From positions 1 through 28,361 of the forward strand of contig JAVYWK010000023.1 in NCBI GenBank assembly GCA_038727095.1: a DNA stretch of 28,361 bases, in the 5' to 3' direction. Below, in pieces: positions 26,263 to 28,361 of this stretch; the stretch's first letter is position 1, and every line of letters starts with the position of its first letter. A program made the position numbers and the translations under genes. Origin of the DNA: Thermofilaceae archaeon. GTDB lineage: Archaea > Thermoproteota > Thermoprotei > Thermofilales > Thermofilaceae. Under the pieces are notes generated by a model. That model was not told the origin of the DNA. It was given only the letters and a program-made list of their open reading frames with translations, and searched no databases.

Positions 26263-27066
26263 ATGCGGGTAACGAGAAGGCTGATCGCGGCCTCAGCCCT
26301 CGCGGTGCTCACCGTAGCCGCTGTAACAGCCTACCTTCTGCTCCAAACGAGAGCCGAAGAGTGGCGCGTAGAGGTAACCTTTGGGGACTGCAGGAAGGTC
26401 TTCGCCCTACCCGAGTTGGAGAAGATGTCAACGGAGCGCGAGGTTCGGGGTGCTGGCGTTCTCCGCTGCGTACCCTTAGTCGATCTGGTGGCGGAGTGCG
26501 GGGTTGACTTAAACTCGACGCTCGTCCACCGCTTGGTCGCAGTCGGCGCCGACGGCTATTCGAGGAGTGTTGAGGAAGCTTACCTCTACCTGAGTAAAGC
26601 CTACCTCTGCCTGCCTGGGGAAGCCTACCCCGATTGGGGCCCCGTGAGGCTCGTTGTTGAAGGCTTAAGTAGCAAATACTGGGTGAAGCAGCTGGTCGCC
26701 GTGAACGCTCAACTGGGATCGTGGGTCCTCAACGTGAGGGTCGATGGAGAGACTAAGAGGGTTTTCACTCTGGAGGAGATCGAGAGGCTGGCGCGGGACG
26801 TTGAAGGCATCGGGAAGGCCGTCCCTCTCGTGGAAATCCTCCGGGCGATCGGGTTGAGCGAAGATAACGTCAGCTTGTTCGAGTTTGTGGGAGCCGACGG
26901 TTACAGAAGCGTGTTCAAAGGCGGGAACGCCACGAGAGCCTTCGTCCTCCTTATCAACCCGCAGGACTGGCCCAGATACGGGCCGCTCCGCAGCGCCGTC
27001 GTGGGCGCCCCCAGGGGCACGTGGGTGCGCCACCTGGTCGCCGTTGAGGTGATCACGAAGGAATGA
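26263..27066 (+). CDS. Membrane-anchored protein with two tandem sulfite-oxidase-type molybdopterin-binding-like domains
   Basis: N-terminal TM; repeats aa 34-153 and 154-267, each with F.L.E[LI]E, VPLV, VGADGY, GP[VL]R.VV.G, WV[KR].LVAV. Confidence 0.75.
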   Translation: MRVTRRLIAASALAVLTVAAVTAYLLLQTRAEEWRVEVTFGDCRKVFALPELEKMSTEREVRGAGVLRCVPLVDLVAECGVDLNSTLVHRLVAVGADGYSRSVEEAYLYLSKAYLCLPGEAYPDWGPVRLVVEGLSSKYWVKQLVAVNAQLGSWVLNVRVDGETKRVFTLEEIERLARDVEGIGKAVPLVEILRAIGLSEDNVSLFEFVGADGYRSVFKGGNATRAFVLLINPQDWPRYGPLRSAVVGAPRGTWVRHLVAVEVITKE

Positions 27067-27629
27067 GGAGAGCAGTGGTAGAGGTAGCTGTGCTATCCAT
27101 ACTGGCGGCAGTACCCACAGCGCTGGGGTACGTGCTCGGCCCCCTCAGTAGAGCTCTGAGCGCAACCGCTAGAGCCTTCGGTTTCCCGGTGGCCCCCAGG
27201 CTAGGCTTCATACCGCTGGTTACTGTCACCGTGCTAGCGAGAGCATACCTCGGTAGAGGGGCAGCGGTAAAGGAGGGGGTGCTGTTGGCTCTGCTGGGCG
27301 CCGTGTTCCACCCGCGTGATTTGAGCCTGCGAGTGCTTCGGAACATCATGCTCGGAGTGGGGGTTGAGCTGGGGATGATCGGGGTGAAGCGGATCGACGC
27401 ATGGAGCTGCGTGCTCGCGGGGCTCGTGGGGGGTGCGCTCAGCTATACACCGTACCTGCTCTTCGCACCTCTGAGCGTCGGGGCTGCAGTCCTGTACGCT
27501 GCCTTGATCCTCTCCTCGGTGAACTGGCTCCTCTCCTGCGCGATCGGCGGCTACCTGGCCAGCATCGTTTTTAGGAGATCCGAGTGGATAACCGTAAGGG
27601 TGGCACACTTAACCAATAGGCTTTCCTAG
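27063..27629 (+). CDS. Membrane protein, ECF transporter S-component-like
   Basis: 188 aa, about 6 hydrophobic segments, GAA...GVLLALLG and LGVGVEL patterns reminiscent of YkoE/MptD-type S components; ATGA coupling to the upstream gene. Confidence 0.55.
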   Translation: MRRAVVEVAVLSILAAVPTALGYVLGPLSRALSATARAFGFPVAPRLGFIPLVTVTVLARAYLGRGAAVKEGVLLALLGAVFHPRDLSLRVLRNIMLGVGVELGMIGVKRIDAWSCVLAGLVGGALSYTPYLLFAPLSVGAAVLYAALILSSVNWLLSCAIGGYLASIVFRRSEWITVRVAHLTNRLS

Positions 27630-27631
27630 AA

Positions 27632-27657
27632 CATTTTCTATTTCATTTCTTATTTTA
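27632..27657 (+). terminator. T-rich putative archaeal terminator
   Basis: CATTTTCTATTTCATTTCTTATTTT directly after the stop at 27629. Confidence 0.45.
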
Positions 27658-27712
27658 AAGGTTCTGAGTATATAGGATGAGTTTAAATAACCTCCCTCAA
27701 GTTATAATCGCC

Positions 27713-28141
27713 ATGGTAAAGGTTAGGAGAGTTTCAGTTGTTGACGTTGACCTTTGCGTAGGCTGCATGATGTGCGTTTTCGCTTGCAACAGGAGGTTTG
27801 GTAACGGTGGTGTTGCTGCGTCCGCAATCAAGGTGATGAGCATCGGTGGCGTAGAGAGGGGGTTCCGCGTCATCGTGTGCCGAGCGTGCACGGACCCGCC
27901 TTGCGCATCCGTCTGTCCCACTCGCGCTCTCCAGCCGAGGAAGGGGGGTGGCGTAATCCTCGACTTCGAGAAGTGCGTCGGTTGCGGCAACTGTGTGAGA
28001 GCCTGCCCCTTCGGCGCCATAAGCTGGGACGAGGAGATCAACAAGCCCATCGTCTGCACGTACTGCGGGTACTGCGTCCGATACTGCCCCTACGGGGTAA
28101 TCAAGCTGGAGGAGGTTGGGGTGGTGGAGCATGCAGGCTAG
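27713..28141 (+). CDS. 4Fe-4S dicluster ferredoxin-like subunit
   Basis: CVGCMMCVFAC, CRACTDPPCASVCP, CVGCGNCVRACP, CTYCGYCVRYCP; TTTAAATA about 24 nt upstream of ATG 27713. Confidence 0.92.
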   Translation: MVKVRRVSVVDVDLCVGCMMCVFACNRRFGNGGVAASAIKVMSIGGVERGFRVIVCRACTDPPCASVCPTRALQPRKGGGVILDFEKCVGCGNCVRACPFGAISWDEEINKPIVCTYCGYCVRYCPYGVIKLEEVGVVEHAG

Positions 28142-28361
28142 AGACCCCCTCAGCCGCGTCCTCTACATCGACTTAACGACTAAGAAGTACTGGGTCGAGG
28201 ATCGCAGGGACCTCTTTGAGGAGTACATCGGAGGAGCGGGAGTGGCGATCAACCTGCTACGCGAGGAGCTTCCGAGGAACGCCGACCCGCTCGGCCCTGA
28301 GAACGTGATCGTGTTCGCGGTCGGCCCCTTCAACGGTCTCTACCCGATGGCCAGCAAGACG
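28131..28361 (+). CDS. aor: Aldehyde:ferredoxin oxidoreductase family (tungstopterin) enzyme, N-terminal part
   Basis: Hand translation: MQARDPLSRVLYIDLTTKKYWVEDRRDLFEEYIGGAGVAINLLREELPRNADPLGPENVIVFAVGPFNGLYPMASKT; runs off the window. Confidence 0.9.
   Translation, partial: MQARDPLSRVLYIDLTTKKYWVEDRRDLFEEYIGGAGVAINLLREELPRNADPLGPENVIVFAVGPFNGLYPMASKT

Noticed and set aside
3496-28176. Numerous long antisense ORFs, such as 3540..4292, 12700..13416, 18880..19518 and 25505..26221
   Set aside because: Fully antisense to well-supported genes; expected from GC-rich codon bias.
1-28361. CRISPR array, IS element, integrase, tRNA or rRNA
   Set aside because: No regularly spaced repeats, transposase/integrase motifs, terminal inverted repeats or tRNA/rRNA signatures seen by eye.

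Overview
GC-rich archaeal chromosomal window. Gene content, GTG starts and TATA boxes 22-29 nt before start codons suggest Thermoproteota, probably Thermofilaceae (inference). From left to right it holds a GH38 alpha-mannosidase running off the left edge (absent from the ORF track), an intact vapBC pair, a pstSCAB phosphate ABC operon with AT-rich spacers, and a second, decayed vapBC pair. Next come a Zn polyol dehydrogenase, DUF89 phosphatase, FGGY kinase plus saccharopine-dehydrogenase-like gene, nitroreductase, Gfo/Idh/MocA oxidoreductase, and AMP phosphorylase behind two divergent YjbQ paralogues and a Zn-ribbon membrane protein. These are followed by an unclassified glycosidase-like protein, RraA plus PPC genes, an archaeal ATPase, an orphan secreted protein, an EamA transporter and a PHP metallohydrolase. 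At the right end, a membrane-anchored tandem sulfite-oxidase-fold protein and an ECF S-component-like gene lie directly upstream of a ferredoxin and an aldehyde:ferredoxin oxidoreductase. That last module is the best candidate for an undescribed system: possible pterin-cofactor (Moco/Wco) capture and uptake. No rRNA, tRNA, CRISPR array or transposase was seen. All family assignments come from motif recognition by eye, not database searches.
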